Of a stretch of DNA of 64,000 nt, positions 1 through 14,642 are shown piece by piece; the first letter of the stretch is position 1, and each line of letters starts with the position of its first letter. The stretch comes from Mantamonas sphyraenae STR306 (lineage: Eukaryota; Protista; CRuMs). A model generated the notes under the pieces. The model searched no databases. It had not been told where the DNA came from and saw nothing but the letters and a program-made list of their open reading frames with translations. The DNA lies in contig JAPMXV010000075.1 of assembly GCA_026936335.1 (NCBI GenBank), positions 62,001-126,000 of the forward strand, read 5' to 3'. The position numbers were made by a program, and so were the translations under genes.

Positions 1-1410
<1,410 letters not shown>

Positions 1411-1573
1411 GTTGGGATGTGTGCGGTCGCAGGTGTGTGGCTGCGCGGGCGGGGAGCCAGCCGCCCCAAACAAACCTCTCTCTCCGTTTCTGTGCTGTGT
1501 CAATTTGTACATTTAACACACACGCACACACCCACAAGCGCACATCACCTCGGGACGCAAGTCTGCAAAAAGC

Positions 1574-4500
1574 ATGCACAAAGACTCGCAGGTGGAGGAA
1601 CCCGAATCACCCGGGGAGGCCTGGCCGAGTTCACCTCGTTCCCGGCAGGAGAAGGAACGGAGAACAATAGGACACGCCCTACGCGACCTGGAGAGTGCCA
1701 GACAAAACACAAAAATCGTGGATGTGGAGCTGGTGAGTGTTGGGGGCCGGGCAGGGGTTCCTGGTGGAATTTCCCGATTTGGCTGACTGACACACACTTG
1801 CCCTTTTCGGGTGCGACGGACGCAGGCAGAGCAGCATGCGCTGAGCCAGATGTGCATCCGTTATGCACAGCGGTATGACGGCACACGCCAGCCGCTGCTA
1901 TACCCCGTGAACATGCCGTTTTGGAAGCTGGCGCGCTTCGGCGTGGGAGTGGGCATCTACTATCGCATTGTGATCTATTTCGGCGTCCTCTACGCCATTG
2001 CCTCTTTGGGTACCATCATCCTTGCCGCCTTTGAGTTTCCGGGCCTTGTCGAGTTCAACCCGCTGCTGTGGTTCTCTGCGTACTCGCTGCGGGAGCCAGG
2101 TGAGTGTTCACTCCCCTTCCCACACACCCACACCCACACCCACACACACATGCACACACACACACAAACACATGAGGCATGAGTGCAAAGTCGTACAAGT
2201 GGATGTTTCCATGCGCGTGCCCACTGCATCCTTCTTCTCGTCTGCGGACGGACGGGTGTGCGCGTGGGAAAGCGTGCGTGCAAAACGGTTCTGGTGGAAA
2301 CGGCTGCTGACCAACCCACTCCCCCCCCCCACACACACACACAACCACCACCGTCGCACACAGATGCGCAAAAGGCAGTGGTGTATGGCCAGTTTGACAT
2401 GGCCGTGTCTATTTTATTTTTGGTGCTGGTGTGGTTGTTTCTGCCGCGGCTTTTGTCGCTGTGGTCGCTTGCCATCCGCAAGCGCAACGTGAGCGCAGCT
2501 GCGTTCACTGTGTATGTAGACTGGCTGTCCAGCGAGACAACAGCCAAGGATTTGCACGACTACTTTTCCCAATGGGGCCGTGTGCAGCAGGTGTGCACGA
2601 GTGCACGCGAGGAGGTGTTTCACAGCAAGCTGCTGGCACGGCAACAGGCTCTCGAGGCGTACCAACGCATGCTGGAGTGGGAGGAAAGCAACAGTGTGTA
2701 TCGTCGCATGGCAGGCTTCCTGGAGCGCTGGGGACTGGTGTACGGCTCGGAGCACTGGAAGGCACGGTTCTTTGAGGCAGACAACGACCTGCGCAACATC
2801 ACCGTGAACCTGCCACACAACGGACACGCGTTTGTGACGTTTGAGTACATTGCAGACAAGGTGCGATGTGTGGAGGCCACCCAGTTTGGACGGTTGCGGC
2901 TGTACACGGCGTGGCTGGTGCGTGCGCTGACCAACGGTCAGTACAACGTGGGCGTGCCTCTTATGGACGGCCAGTTGATACGTGTGCGCCCTGCCCCAGA
3001 AAGCAAGGACATCATTTGGGAGAATCTGAACTACGGCTCGTGGGATCATCTGTTTCGCGAGGGGGCCACCAAGCTGCTGGCACTGACCATCATTGCTGGG
3101 AGTTTCATCATGCAGTTGCTGGTGGTGGTGTGGTCCCAACCCAGCGGTGGCTCGGCGTCGTCGTCATCGTCGTCGTCATCGGGCAGCAACACACGCGTCA
3201 GCGACGAAGTGTTGCGATCCGAATTGGAGGTGTTGCGACAGGACAGCACGGGACTCTTGCTGCCTCTGGTGTCTTCCTCGCTGGTGTTGCTTGTGAACAA
3301 GCTGATGGAACGGCTGCTCCTTGTGTTCAGTTGGGTGGAGAAGCACCACACCCGAAGCGGGGCCGAAGACACCTTTCTCAACCAGCTCATGTGGGCACAG
3401 GTGCTCAACGCAGGCGTGGTCGTGCTCATGGTCCACGTGCTCTACCCGCTGTGGGATTCACGCACACACAACTCGTGGTACGACCCGCAGGCAGGTGCAC
3501 ACACCGTCCTCGCCCTCCTCATGCTCAATGCCTTTCTTCCCTCTGCCCTCCGTGTGCTCGCCTACTACCTTCTCGAGCTGCGCAAGGTGTGGTTGCAACC
3601 CTACCGGCACACGCAGGCGTCGATGAACCGGCTGTTTGAGGGCCCCGAGTTTCTGCTCAGCCGCCGCTTTTCCACACTGGGGCTCAACGTCTTTCTCACT
3701 CTCATGTACAGTGCCGCTCACCCGTTGGCCTTCATCTTTGGCTTCCTCAGCGTCCTGTGTGGCTACTGGGCGGACAAGTACATCATGTTGCGGTACACAA
3801 AGAGACCGGCCCCGTACGACGAGACCCTGGCCGTGCGGTTTGTGCGCAACGTCAAGTGGGCACTTGCCTTTCACGCAGGCATGGTGCTCTTCCTGTACAA
3901 CGTCGGTCCCTTTATGACCCTGTTGGAACACGTGCTGAACGGCGACGGCGGCCAAGCCGTGGAGGCTGCGTTTGCTGCGTACGTGAACGCGTGGATGGGT
4001 CGCACATGGGCAGTGATGCCAGCCCTGAGTGTGTTGGCCCTGTTTGCAGCCTACTTTGTGTGGAAGAACGGCTTGGTACGTGTGTTTCTGCGCATTTCCA
4101 CCGCCCTGATGTGCATCCAGGTGCAAGACATGTCGGATTTGCGCACACTGCAGAAGCTGGCCGAGTTGCATCGCAACGATCGCTTCACCGACTTTGCCGA
4201 CATGGACGATTTCGTGCACCCGTTGAAGAGCATGCTTCATCAGGTCAAATTCTACTCGGCCCTGCCCTCCACCGCACGTGGTGCACGCTCCATGCTGCGC
4301 AACGAGTCACGCCAACGCTCCTCGATGCAACAGCGTGTGACCAGTCGTGCCGCTTCGCGACACGGTGGGTCATCTGCGATGGCGGCAGGCGCAGGCGAGG
4401 ACGATGTTCTCACGGGCGTCATGCCGGAGCGGTCGTCGACGCCCGTGCAGTCGGTGGGCAGTGGGTTGATGCGCAGCAGCACGGCACAGTCATTTGCGTC

Positions 4501-5902
4501 GCTGGTGACACTGGAGGATGCGTTTGCAAGCGACATTGGATGGGAGGAAATGATTGCTCGGGCGGCAGCGGCGCGGGGCGACGATCCAGCGACGGCGGCG
4601 TTGTTGATGGAGGACAGCGACAGCGAGGACGATTCGGGTGGCGCTGTAGACACGCAGAACATCTTTGGGTTTCGCATGAGTGACCTGCGTGCGCTGCGCG
4701 AACAGTCACTGGCCGTCAACGAACGGCAAGTGGAGGAGTTGCGCAAGCAGAGACGCAAACCCGGGAAAAGGACAAGAGGGACACGGAGGCACACAAGCAC
4801 AGGTGCAGCGGCGGTGGATGAGGATGCGGTGGAAGAGTTTCACCCGGGTGGTGGGTTTGGTGGTGGGGATGATGACTACGCAGACGATGACGACGACCAC
4901 GACCACAATGATGTGGAGGTGGGACGTGTGAGCTCTGCACCCTCCACGGGTGGCAGTACAGGCAGCAGCAGCAGCACTAATTCGTCGTCGGCGTCATCAT
5001 CCGGGCGACCCAAGCCTGCGTTTACGCCTCGCACTGCCCAACGCAAACTGCGAGGGTTCCGTCGTCTGAGCAGAGTGGTGCCTGTGGTGGCCATGCAGGC
5101 GGGTGACAACAAAGGTGTGCATGGTGACGACCACGGTGTGGATCCCGTGGCCTCGGCCGCCGATGCCATGTACGTGTTGGAGGAGGAGGCAGAGGAAGAC
5201 GGCAGTCGCAGCAGCAGCCGAAGCACACGGTATGGCACTGCATCGTCGTCCATGGTCACCGCAGACGAAGCTTCAGCAAGCATGAGTGTGACGGTGAGCG
5301 TGGATGAGGTTGAGAGCGGTGGTGGCAGGCGATCATTGCAAAGCGTGCATGACACCACACGCGATACACGTCGCAGCAGAAGTGGAGGTGACATATACGC
5401 ACGCAAGCAGTCGTCTGGCAGTGATGTCGGCATGGGCAAGCGAAAGGGAGAGCAGAAGAAGAAGCAGCAGCCGCGCAAACACACACACAGACGCAGCCAC
5501 AAGCAACGACAGGGAGGCATGCGTGTCAAGGATGTGGATGGATGGTCGGACGACGACGACCACAGCTCTGCGTACGGCAGCGACACAGACACCAGCAGCA
5601 GCAGCAGCAGCAGTGGAAGCAGCAGCAGTGATTCCAGCAACCCGGGCACCACAGCCTATTTGCGTCGCCCGTCACATTCTCATGACAGTGCCAACAACGA
5701 GGTGATGGTGGCTCTGGAGCAACAGCAGGCCTCAATGCGACAGATGCTCGACGGTTGGAAGCAGAAGCAGGGTCGTTCGTTCGTCCTTCCCGGAAGCCAA
5801 GGCACAGATGCTCCTGCTCCCCTCATCGGACAACAGCACAGCTTTGCTTTGCAAGATGCGTGGGATGGCGATGGCGACACAGACAGCGATGAAGAACAAT
5901 GA
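1574..5902 (+). CDS. OSCA/TMEM63 (CSC1)-like, TMC/anoctamin-superfamily membrane channel with long disordered C-tail
   Basis: Multiple TM segments; motifs GHAFVTF, VRPAPESKDIIWENL, YWADKYIMLRYTKRPAPYD. Inferred exons ~1574-1732, ~1826-2099, ~2364-5902. Confidence 0.75.
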
Positions 5903-5991
5903 AAAGATGCGAAAGCGGGAGACAGCGATGGTGATCCATTGTGTTTGGAGTGGGTGGTTGTGTGCATGTGTGTGTGTGTGTGTGTGCCTGT

Positions 5992-6779
5992 TCACGCCCA
6001 CAGCGGGGCCATGTCGACAACCTGGTCAAAATCCAGGCTGATGTGTTCGGCCATGGCCTGGACGAGGGCAAACTTGGGGTTGACGTCGCGAAGGCGGGTG
6101 ACCTTCTTGGGATTCTCAAAGATGTAGTGGTTCTCCATCACATAGAAGCGCACGCTTTCGATCTCGTCCACCTCGTTCTTGTACACCAGCACGTAGCTGT
6201 TGTCCTTCTGCATCGAGTCGCGCACCACGTACGTGCCGGGCACCGCCTCCAGCAACAAGTCTTCCGCCTCCTCCTCCGTCACTTCGCCCGCATAGCAGTC
6301 CGAAGGGAATTCGTGCTTGCGGTTGTTCAGAAACTCGTCTGCGTGTGTGTGTGTGTGCCGTGCGCCGTGTGTTTGATTGTGTGCCCCATCTCCGTGTCAG
6401 CCAGCGTCCCCACGCCGTAGGCGCTCGCTCGGGTGAGCGATTGGAAGCCGCGCGAATTTTTTTTGCGCGGCCAAGACGGAATGCACCTGGCGGCGGCGGG
6501 CGAACAAAGGATGGGTGCACAGACTGGCAACCGGCACGTACCCAACGGCGAGCTCTTGTGTGTGTTTGTGCGCCGCGGCGGCGTGGTGTAGGTGTGCTCG
6601 GGATGGTTGCGAGGAATATAGTTGCCCTTCTTCTTGACGCCCACGGGTGTGCCAAAGAAGTCGGTCTTGGTTTCCTCCTCCTCGTCCAGGCCCTCCTCAA
6701 AGTCCCTTGCTCCATCAATCACATCCCGCAAGTCGTCTTCGTCCAGATCCAGGTCCAGACTACCGTAGTTGCTGCTCAT
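5992..6779 (-). CDS. Small acidic SH2-domain protein
   Basis: CYAGEVTEEEAEDLL..PGTYVVRDS...SYVLVY matches the SH2 core (FLVRES-equivalent Arg kept). One intron ~6339-6541. Confidence 0.7.
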
Positions 6780-7366
6780 TTCGAGAACAAAGCGATGTTG
6801 AAGTGGCCGCGCCGGGGCCGCCATAACTTTCAAACCGGAAGCGCCTGCAACCCGCGCCTAGGACCGGAAGCCGCTTCGTGGCTGGCTCCCTGAGCAGGGG
6901 ACGGGTAGTGCCTACTGATGTGTGGGTCTGGTGGCAGACACGGCCTGGGGTGGGAGGTGCGGAGAGTTGATTGCAGGACACTTGGGCATTGCCCCAACGA
7001 GTTCTCTCGGCTGCCGTGGTCCTCTTTCAACACCCCAGTGCCCTCTGTCTGCCGTCTTACATGCCAGTCCACATCTCTGTGGTGCTGCTCTCTCTGCACA
7101 CAGCCGGCTGCACTGGCACGCCGGCCCTCTGACGGCATTTGTGATCTGCGGGTGACTTTCCAGACCAAACCCATACACGCATTCCATATCTGCCTGGACC
7201 GAAATCGATACACACGTCGGACCGGGCTCGTCTAAATGCGTACATTTCCATGCCTGCGTGGCTCCCGTTCCCCTATGCCCGCCACCCGAGCGTTGTGTGT
7301 GTGTGTTGTTTTTGACGTGCATGTTGTCTGCATTCTCGGCTCCCGCCGCCCGTCGCTCCATTTCCA

Positions 7367-10300
7367 TCATTCACGAAACAGCTGCTTGCGCTGTTGAGCG
7401 CCTGTGCCTCGCTTACGTCCGCTCGACTTTGGTGTCGACGGACTTGTGGGCGAGTAAAGTGCTGGCGAAGGCCAATCAAACCCCTCGTCCTCCTCGTCCT
7501 CCTCCGTGTCCTCCTCTACCCGCTCCTCCCTTCTCTTGGGTGTTTCTTGCCCATCCCTGCGTCGTGGTTTGCGCCTGCGCCCGCCAGATGACACGGGCGA
7601 GCCCATGTCTACGACGGCGCCCTCGTCTTGCAGTGGAGACTCTGCAAGCTGCCGCTCCTGCTCCTCCACGTCTCTTTCCTCGCGGCGTCCCTCTCGCTTG
7701 CGTCTGCGTCTGCTGCTGCTGCTGCTGCTTGCGCGAGGCGAAGCCATCACCACGTGTTCCTGACTGTCAACGTTGGCCGCCACCTCCTCGTCCTCCTCGT
7801 CCTCCACCTCCACCTCCTCCACCTCTTGCTCCCCCTGCTGCTCCGATCGCAGCAAACGAAGGGCTGCAAGCATGCCATCTCCACCTGAGCCGCCCGTACC
7901 CGCACCGACTCCGCCGCGCTCGCCCGAACGTTTGAGAGCGTTCTTGAGACGCAGACGTTGGAGCGCCACGCTTGCGTTCTTCCAGGAGGAGCCCGCACGT
8001 GTGGAGCCCAGCTTTGGCGAATCGAGGATCTGAGAGCGTTTTACAAAGCGCGCCACCAGACGAGTCATCTCCTTGTGTGCTTGCCTGCTCAGCGGCACGT
8101 TCGACTTGAGCTGATGCAGGTTGGACAAGTTGCCGATGACAAAGTGAAAGTCGTGGTGGTACCGCATGTCCAGTTGCCTGTGCAGGTGTTTGCCTCCGTC
8201 CTCCTGCGAATCCAAGAGTTTGTTGAGCAGCTCGGCGTGCTGCAGGATTGTCAGCGCGTTGGACGCCTGCCCCGACCCGCTCACAAACTCCTTGATGTTC
8301 AGCACCCAGCACTGCGCCGCGTGAACCACCTGTCCATGCACACCCACCACCTTGGTGTACACGTCGTCCACCACCCGCTTCTCGCTCCAAGCCTCCTTCA
8401 CCACAGGGTGCGTTTCAAACACAAGTGCCGCCACAACCTCTGCCATCTCCAACACCGCACGACGTTCCTCCTCGTGCATGACTGTTGCTTCTTCCACCTG
8501 TGCTGCGCTGTACTCAAATTCCTCGTCGTCCTCCGTGTCCTCTGTGCTCTCTGCATACAGATCCAACTCTTTTGCGTACGCCGCCACGTTGAAGAAGAGG
8601 TCGCCCAGGTGTTCGTCGTGCAAGAACGCGTGCTGCTTGGCGCTCAACTCCACCGTGTGCATGGGTGCCACATACGTCATCATGGCGTCCAGCAGCGCAT
8701 ACAGAGTTGTGCCACGCGCACGCGTCACCAGCTTGCTTCGCTTTGCCACACTCGTCGACCGCTCCAGCGCACGGTAATACACCTCGCCCAGTGCCATCAC
8801 GTACCTGTACTGTTCCAGACGCCGTCGCCGTCGCACAAAATCCACCGTGATGTTTGCGCGCCCTTCTGCGCCACGTCCTGCACCCGTCCGCTTGCTCGAC
8901 TCTTCCCCAAAGATGTTTGCACGCAACGTTCGCAACCGCTGTCGCGGTGTTGTCGGCAACGATCGCGACGTGCCTCGCGCAGTGCCAAACTCCTCTTCCA
9001 GCTGTTCTGCCACCTCCATGCGAAACCTGTGCGTACGTCCTCCCTCCTGTCCTGCTGTGCCCCGCCCGCCCTCCTGCTCTGCCGTCTCTGTCCAAGATGT
9101 GTACCCGTGGCCCAGCTCCTCTCGCAAATCCCAAATCGACCCCTGTCGCATCAGCGGCGGCGGTTGGAACTCTCCTGTGGTGCTGTCTCCGCGACGGTCT
9201 CCGCTGCTGGATTGGCCTTCGTACAGCTTGCTTCCCAGCACACCCGTGGTGGTCAGAGACAGCGCGGCAGAGAACCCCGGGCGCACGTTGTCGCCGTTGA
9301 GCGAGTACGCGGAGCGCGAGGTGGTGTTGCCGCCGCCCATTCGCTGGCTCTCCATGGCAGCACTCACGACACTGCGCACACTTAGGGCACCGCTTTCAAA
9401 CACACGTGGTACACGTGGCTCCTCCTCCAGGCCAAACACCAACGGGTGCAGTCTGTCCATCTCGCCAATCACAAACCGCATCAGCTCCTCGCTTTCCATC
9501 ACCATCCGCTTCACGTCTGCGTCTGAGCGCACCGCCTCGCACAACTCCTCCACAAACTCCATCCGCTCGTCCAGCGTCTCGGAAAACATGACGTCAAACA
9601 CAAGGTCGTTGAACAGCGTCCGCTTGCTGTTGCTCTGGCCCCCTTGCACCCCGCCGCTCGTCAGCCTCAGCGCAGACGGTTGGTGCACCAATGGCGGAAT
9701 GTTGAACTTTTTCGACAGTGCCGATTGCTCGGGGCCGTTTTGGTTTCGCCTGCTGCTGCCACTCCTGCTGCTCGTCGCGTTGAAGTTGCCGCTGCTCCGA
9801 TTGTTCTCGGCGTTGGCCATGGCTTGCATGAAGCGTTCCTGCATCATCGTAGACGACGGTGAGTGTTCAGCGCGCGATGCCAGCAGTGAAGAGCTCGATG
9901 TTGTGGTGCCTTCCTGGCTGTCATCGCCCTTGCCCTTGCCCTTGCCCTTGCTCGGCGACGGAGAGCTGCGCACCATTGTGCTCTCGCCCGTGAAAAGGGT
10001 TGTGCGGATGCTCTTGGCCACGCTCTCGCTTCGTGTGGACATGAACAAGGCTCGGCGTGCGTCCATTGTGTCTGCGTACAACGGGTTCTTCTCCATGTCC
10101 TTGACTCCCTCCTTGCCCTTTTCTGTCTTTTTCTTTGCTGCCTCCTTCTTCTTCTTTCCCTTTTCCTGCGCCCGTCGCCGAGCCTGTGCATCAAACCCGC
10201 CACGGCTGCTTCCCACGCCCTCTCCCGGATCCCCGTCCGCATCCGCCGATTCGCCGATGCCACGCGCACCCAGCCCCGGGCGACCCCTGCCTGTGCTTAG

Positions 10301-11308
10301 CCGTGTGCCTGTTTGTGTCCTGCGTCCCACCGTGTGGTCCAGCTCAAGTGTGCGATGTTCCTGTACAGCGTCGCCGTGTTCGTACGCGTCTTCCTCCGCC
10401 TCCACCGCCGTCATGTGGTTGTGTACAAGTGCAGACGGGTGTCGCATCACTTCCACGCCTGTGTTGTGCCCTTCTGAGTCGTCGTCGTCCACATCTGTGC
10501 CACCATTGTCCGAGACCAGCCCTTCGCTTGCCAACGCTGCGGCGCGTTGATGCACGGGTGTCGCGTTGGCCACAAATGCAAGGGCCACCTGCGGGTCATG
10601 AGTGAGGTCTGCCAGTTCCGCTCCAAATCGTCGCTGGCTGGTTTCCCATGCGTCCATCAGCTTGAATGGAAGCCGCGACGAGCTCTGGTACGTGTACAGC
10701 TCCAGCTCTTCCGGCTCGTCCCTGTGCAGCGGCAGCTGTGTGATCAACACATGGTGGGACACCTTTTGCAGATCCTCGCTCAAGAAATCAGGTGGTTCGT
10801 CCAACATCTGCGCCAGTGGCGGTTCTGTGTCAGGACAGGGCCACTCGGGTTTGCTCGAAATGACGCCGCCTCCGCACCGTCACTCACCTCGATATTCTGC
10901 GTGAAGGGCAACCAGCACACAATGGTTGACTTGGCCAGCGCCTGCACTCGGTCCTGAAACAGTTTCTGCTGCTTGATGAGAAAGACAAACTCGTCGGCAA
11001 TGATGAGGTGGTACCACTCTGCGTGTTGGAGGAGCCGTTGCAGCGCAGCGTGTCAGCAACTCTGTCGCCTCCCACGGCGTCACACGGCCCCAACTGCGGC
11101 CCTTGCCTGTAAAGACGTCGTATCCATACACGGGGCGGGAAGAAATCTGCACTGCATTCTGTTTCAACTCACGTGGCTTGTCGTCTCGCAGCAGGATGAC
11201 CAACTCGCAGTACGAGATCTTCTCCTGGACGTCCAGCGGAAGCACAAGACGACACATGCGCTCCTGGGCGTAGTTATTGAACACGCCCTTTTGTGCGTGG
11301 ACCGACAT
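7367..11308 (-). CDS. Large hypothetical protein, N-terminus resembles DUF4551/C12orf56-like
   Basis: 1146-aa terminal ORF plus short upstream exons starting MSVHAQKGVFNNYAQER. LDEPPDFLSEDLQKVSHHVLI recalls the DUF4551 family from memory. The gene is clear, the family is tentative. Confidence 0.5.
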
Positions 11309-11364
11309 GTGGTGCAACTGGTTCCCCCGAGAGAGATTTGAGGTGTTGTTTTGGTGCGACCAGC

Positions 11365-12310
11365 TCACATTGTCTGTTCGCGCTTCAGCTCCTCCTTGAG
11401 CACCACGGCGTACTCTTCGGGTGTGTCCAGCTTCCCCACCATGCTCCAGTACAGATTGGAAGCACGGTCGTCCTCACCCTCAATCAGCTGGCGCTCAAAG
11501 ACGGGAAACTCCACCACTTCGTCTGCCTCCTCCTCCGAATCGGTTCCCTGCAGCAGTCGCCCCGACGCGCGGTCATGCACGCTCACTGCCTGCTTGGAAC
11601 GCACAAGCAGAGTCAGCTGAGCAAACTCGTTGCTCTTGGTCTGTGTGGGGAAGAGGTATGCAGGGGTCAGGGCGGCTGCGGGGTCAGCAGGATTTCCGAA
11701 AGTGTCTCCCTCGCCATACAGAGCTCACCTTGTCCATGTAAAAGGTGCGCGCGTTGACCAGACGCGTGCCTCCCATGCTCCACACGTGATACTTGTGCAC
11801 GTCGTTCTTGGGCCTTCGCTTGAGCTCGCCCTTTAGGATGGTGTACAGATTGGGCGTCACCATGGCCTTCAGCGCCGTCTTGTCCCCCTGTGCAAAAGCC
11901 CCATTGATGGCCTGGTACAATTCGGCCAGTTCCGCCTGGATGTTGATGGGATGGAATTCGGGAAGCACCTTTTTCAGCCGGGCCACAGCCATCGTCGAGC
12001 GAGACTGCGACTTCCACCGCTGCACACGCGCCTTGAGACCCACCGACGAGAACAGAGAGGGCATGTTCTCGCTAGGCGGAGGGATGTCGGTGTCAAAAAT
12101 GCGACCACTGGTATTTCGCACCACACGCATGCTGCGCGAGCTGCCCGGAGGTGCTCCGCGGCCTTTCGACGACATGCTCCGTTCCTGCTGTGTCGCCGCC
12201 CACACGGACGCAGATGCCGGTAGCTGCTGGGTCGACGTCGCCGCCGCCGCCATTGTTGCAACCGTTGCCTCTATGCTTCGTCCCACTCTGCCACTGCTGC
12301 GTGCAAACAT
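11365..12310 (-). CDS. MRPL45: Mitochondrial Tim44-like domain protein (MRPL45/Mba1 family)
   Basis: R/S/A-rich presequence MFARSSGRVGRS; ELYQAINGAFAQGDKTALKAMVT; after intron ~11641-11729, FAQLTLLVRSKQAVSVHD...VVEFPVFER. Confidence 0.8.
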
Positions 12311-12330
12311 TTGGATTTTGTTGTGTCCTG

Positions 12331-14500
12331 TCAATCGGCCGCCGTCGCATCGCGCATCACTCGCCGAAAGCGAGCCGATAACGACGAGCGAGCTCGCTGT
12401 GATTCGCTCCATGTCTCACCAGCCGGTTTTGCCTCCAGATCCATGTCCCCCAAGTCTTCCCACCCGTCCTTGCTGTCGTTCCGCTGCACCGCGGGTGGGG
12501 GTGATTTGGTAGGGCTGCTTCTGCTGCTGCCACTCTGGTTCTTGTCGTCAACACTCTCCTCTGTTTCCTCTGCGACTGCTATAAGCTCACTTGTTGTGTC
12601 TGTGGATGATGTGATTGAGTTGTTGCTGCTGCTGCTGCTCGGTGGTGGTGATCCTTCCCCTTCCCCTTCCTCCACCTCCTCCTCCTTCTCCTCCTTCTCC
12701 TTCTCGCCATCACCGTTTGCTGTGGATGTTTCCGTGCTGGACACGCTGGACAGTGCCAGATCCAACACATCCACTTCGCTTTTGCTGCGCACGGCAAGCT
12801 TGGGTGGTGTGTCTTCGCTTGCCGCACGTCTCTTTGGCTGCAGCTCTGTGAATGACCTGCTGGGCATCCGTGCAGACTGCGACTCCCCGTTGCGTCGCCA
12901 CGCATCCTCGTCACGCGCAATCATTCCCCGCTCCTTGTTCAAAATCACAAAGTGACCACTGCGCGGAATCATTGCAATCGATGTCATGTCCGAATCGGAC
13001 CGTTCGCGAGGCGTCTCGCCCCCATCCTTGTCACCTTCCTCCCCTTTCTTCTCCCCTTCTTCCTTCTCCCCGTCCTTTGTTCCCTCACCGCCGCTGGTGG
13101 TGAGCCCTTCTCCTTCTTCTTCTTCTTCTTCTTCTTCTTCTTCCTCCTGTGTGTTTGCTTTGTCCAAACAAGGTGCATCTGTGCCTCCTGCCACCTCCTC
13201 TGCGTGTGTGGCATTGTCCTTGCGCACCGGTTGGCCTTTCACCTCATCCTCCTCCTCCTGCTCCCCCTCCTCTTCCTCCCCTTCTTCCTCCTCGGTGGTG
13301 CTGCCCTGAGAACGAGACGTGTTCATCTGCAACAGAACACCCTCGTCGACAACGGTGCTGCTCCCTGCCCAGGTACGTGGCGCCCCACCGACAAGCACCC
13401 CATCCGCCACCGATGTGGTCGATGTCACGCCCACGTCGATGTCGTCGCGGCTCTTGCGGTTGCGAAGCTTGCCCACTGCATCCTTGAATTTGATGAACCC
13501 CTGCTTGGGGCCACGCATGGGCTTGTTTGTGGCAGGGGTGGTGGTGGTGGTGGTGGTGGTGGTGGTGCCGTCGTCACCACCACCACCGTGCAACAGATCC
13601 TCACTGCTGCTCCCCAGCAACACTGCGTCGCTATCTTCGCTGTCGGTGGCATTCATGATGATGGGCTCCTCGCTCACCGCACGCCGTTTCTTGCGAAACA
13701 CGCGTGGCAGCATGCTTCCACTCGTGCTGTTGCGCGTCGACGAGCCAGCGCCTGCCTCTTCCGGGTTTTCTTCCTCCTCTGCTTCCTGCTCGTCTTCCAC
13801 AGTCTCGTTCTCCACGCCAACGTCCTCATCCTCGTCGTCCTCGTCCTCAATCTCGTTTTCTGTCATCTGTGTCGTTGCAGCCTCTGTGTGTGTGCTGAGC
13901 TCCTCGTTCAGAGCGGCGTCGAGCGAGGCCTTTCGCTTGACCCACGCGCGGCGGCCCAGCACGGCGCACACAAGCGTCTGCACCACACATAGGGGCGTGC
14001 GAAGAAAGACTGCGACTAGAGAAAGGCGCAGGGAAAAGAGAAGGGAGAGGAGCGAGTGCAACTGGAAGGGTAGGACGCAGAGAAAGTGGGCCAGACTCAA
14101 GCCCAGCAACGTGTCGCCGACACTCTTTGCCACCGGCTCTTCTTCCGACGCACGCACCAGCAGATAGGCCATCCCCGCACTCAGGATACACATCGACCAT
14201 GCGGGGTCAAACACTGTGGTGTGTGTGGACCACCACACACAATTGGACCCATGTCAGCAGCCACGACTCGATCCACAAAGCTGAACCCCTTGCTCCACAC
14301 CCCAGCCGAGCACTCACCGGCAAATTCTTGTGCAGCCTCATCCCCAATGCGTGCCAGGTTGACCGGGTCGTGAAACACCATGATTGCCTGCAATGCAAAG
14401 GCCATGGCGGCTGTGTGGAATGCCCCCTGCTCGCTTTGCAGCCATTCGGCAGAGGTCCACCGCTCCGCGATGGCCTGCAAGGTCCACAGGAAAGAGAAAG
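12331..14500 (-). CDS. Hypothetical protein with N-terminal hydrophobic segments and long acidic low-complexity region (5' end approximate)
   Basis: 635-aa ORF 12331-14238 with TM-like segments then E/D/S/T tracts. Probable upstream exon in ORF 14181-14714. Start not resolved. Confidence 0.5.
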
Positions 14501-14642
14501 TGAAGCACAAGTTCAGGGGCACAACAGCAGTGTCAGTACAAACCGTGTTGGGGACAAGACGAGGGAGAGAGGCACCCACGGGCACCCACGCACAGTCATG
14601 GCCAAGGGAAAAGCAAAGAGGTTTTGGTTCGGCAAACGCAAG

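Noticed and set aside
6780-7366. Longest intergenic gap as an RNA gene or small ORF
   Set aside because: No tRNA/snRNA motif or convincing ORF recognised.
11365-11640. Separate short gene, or first exon of the 7367-11308 gene
   Set aside because: It splices in frame as the last exon of the Tim44-like gene.
13100-13590. (TTC)n and (GGT)n tracts, and intronic (CA)/(GT) runs window-wide
   Set aside because: Ordinary microsatellites encoding poly-E/poly-T or reflecting background intron composition.
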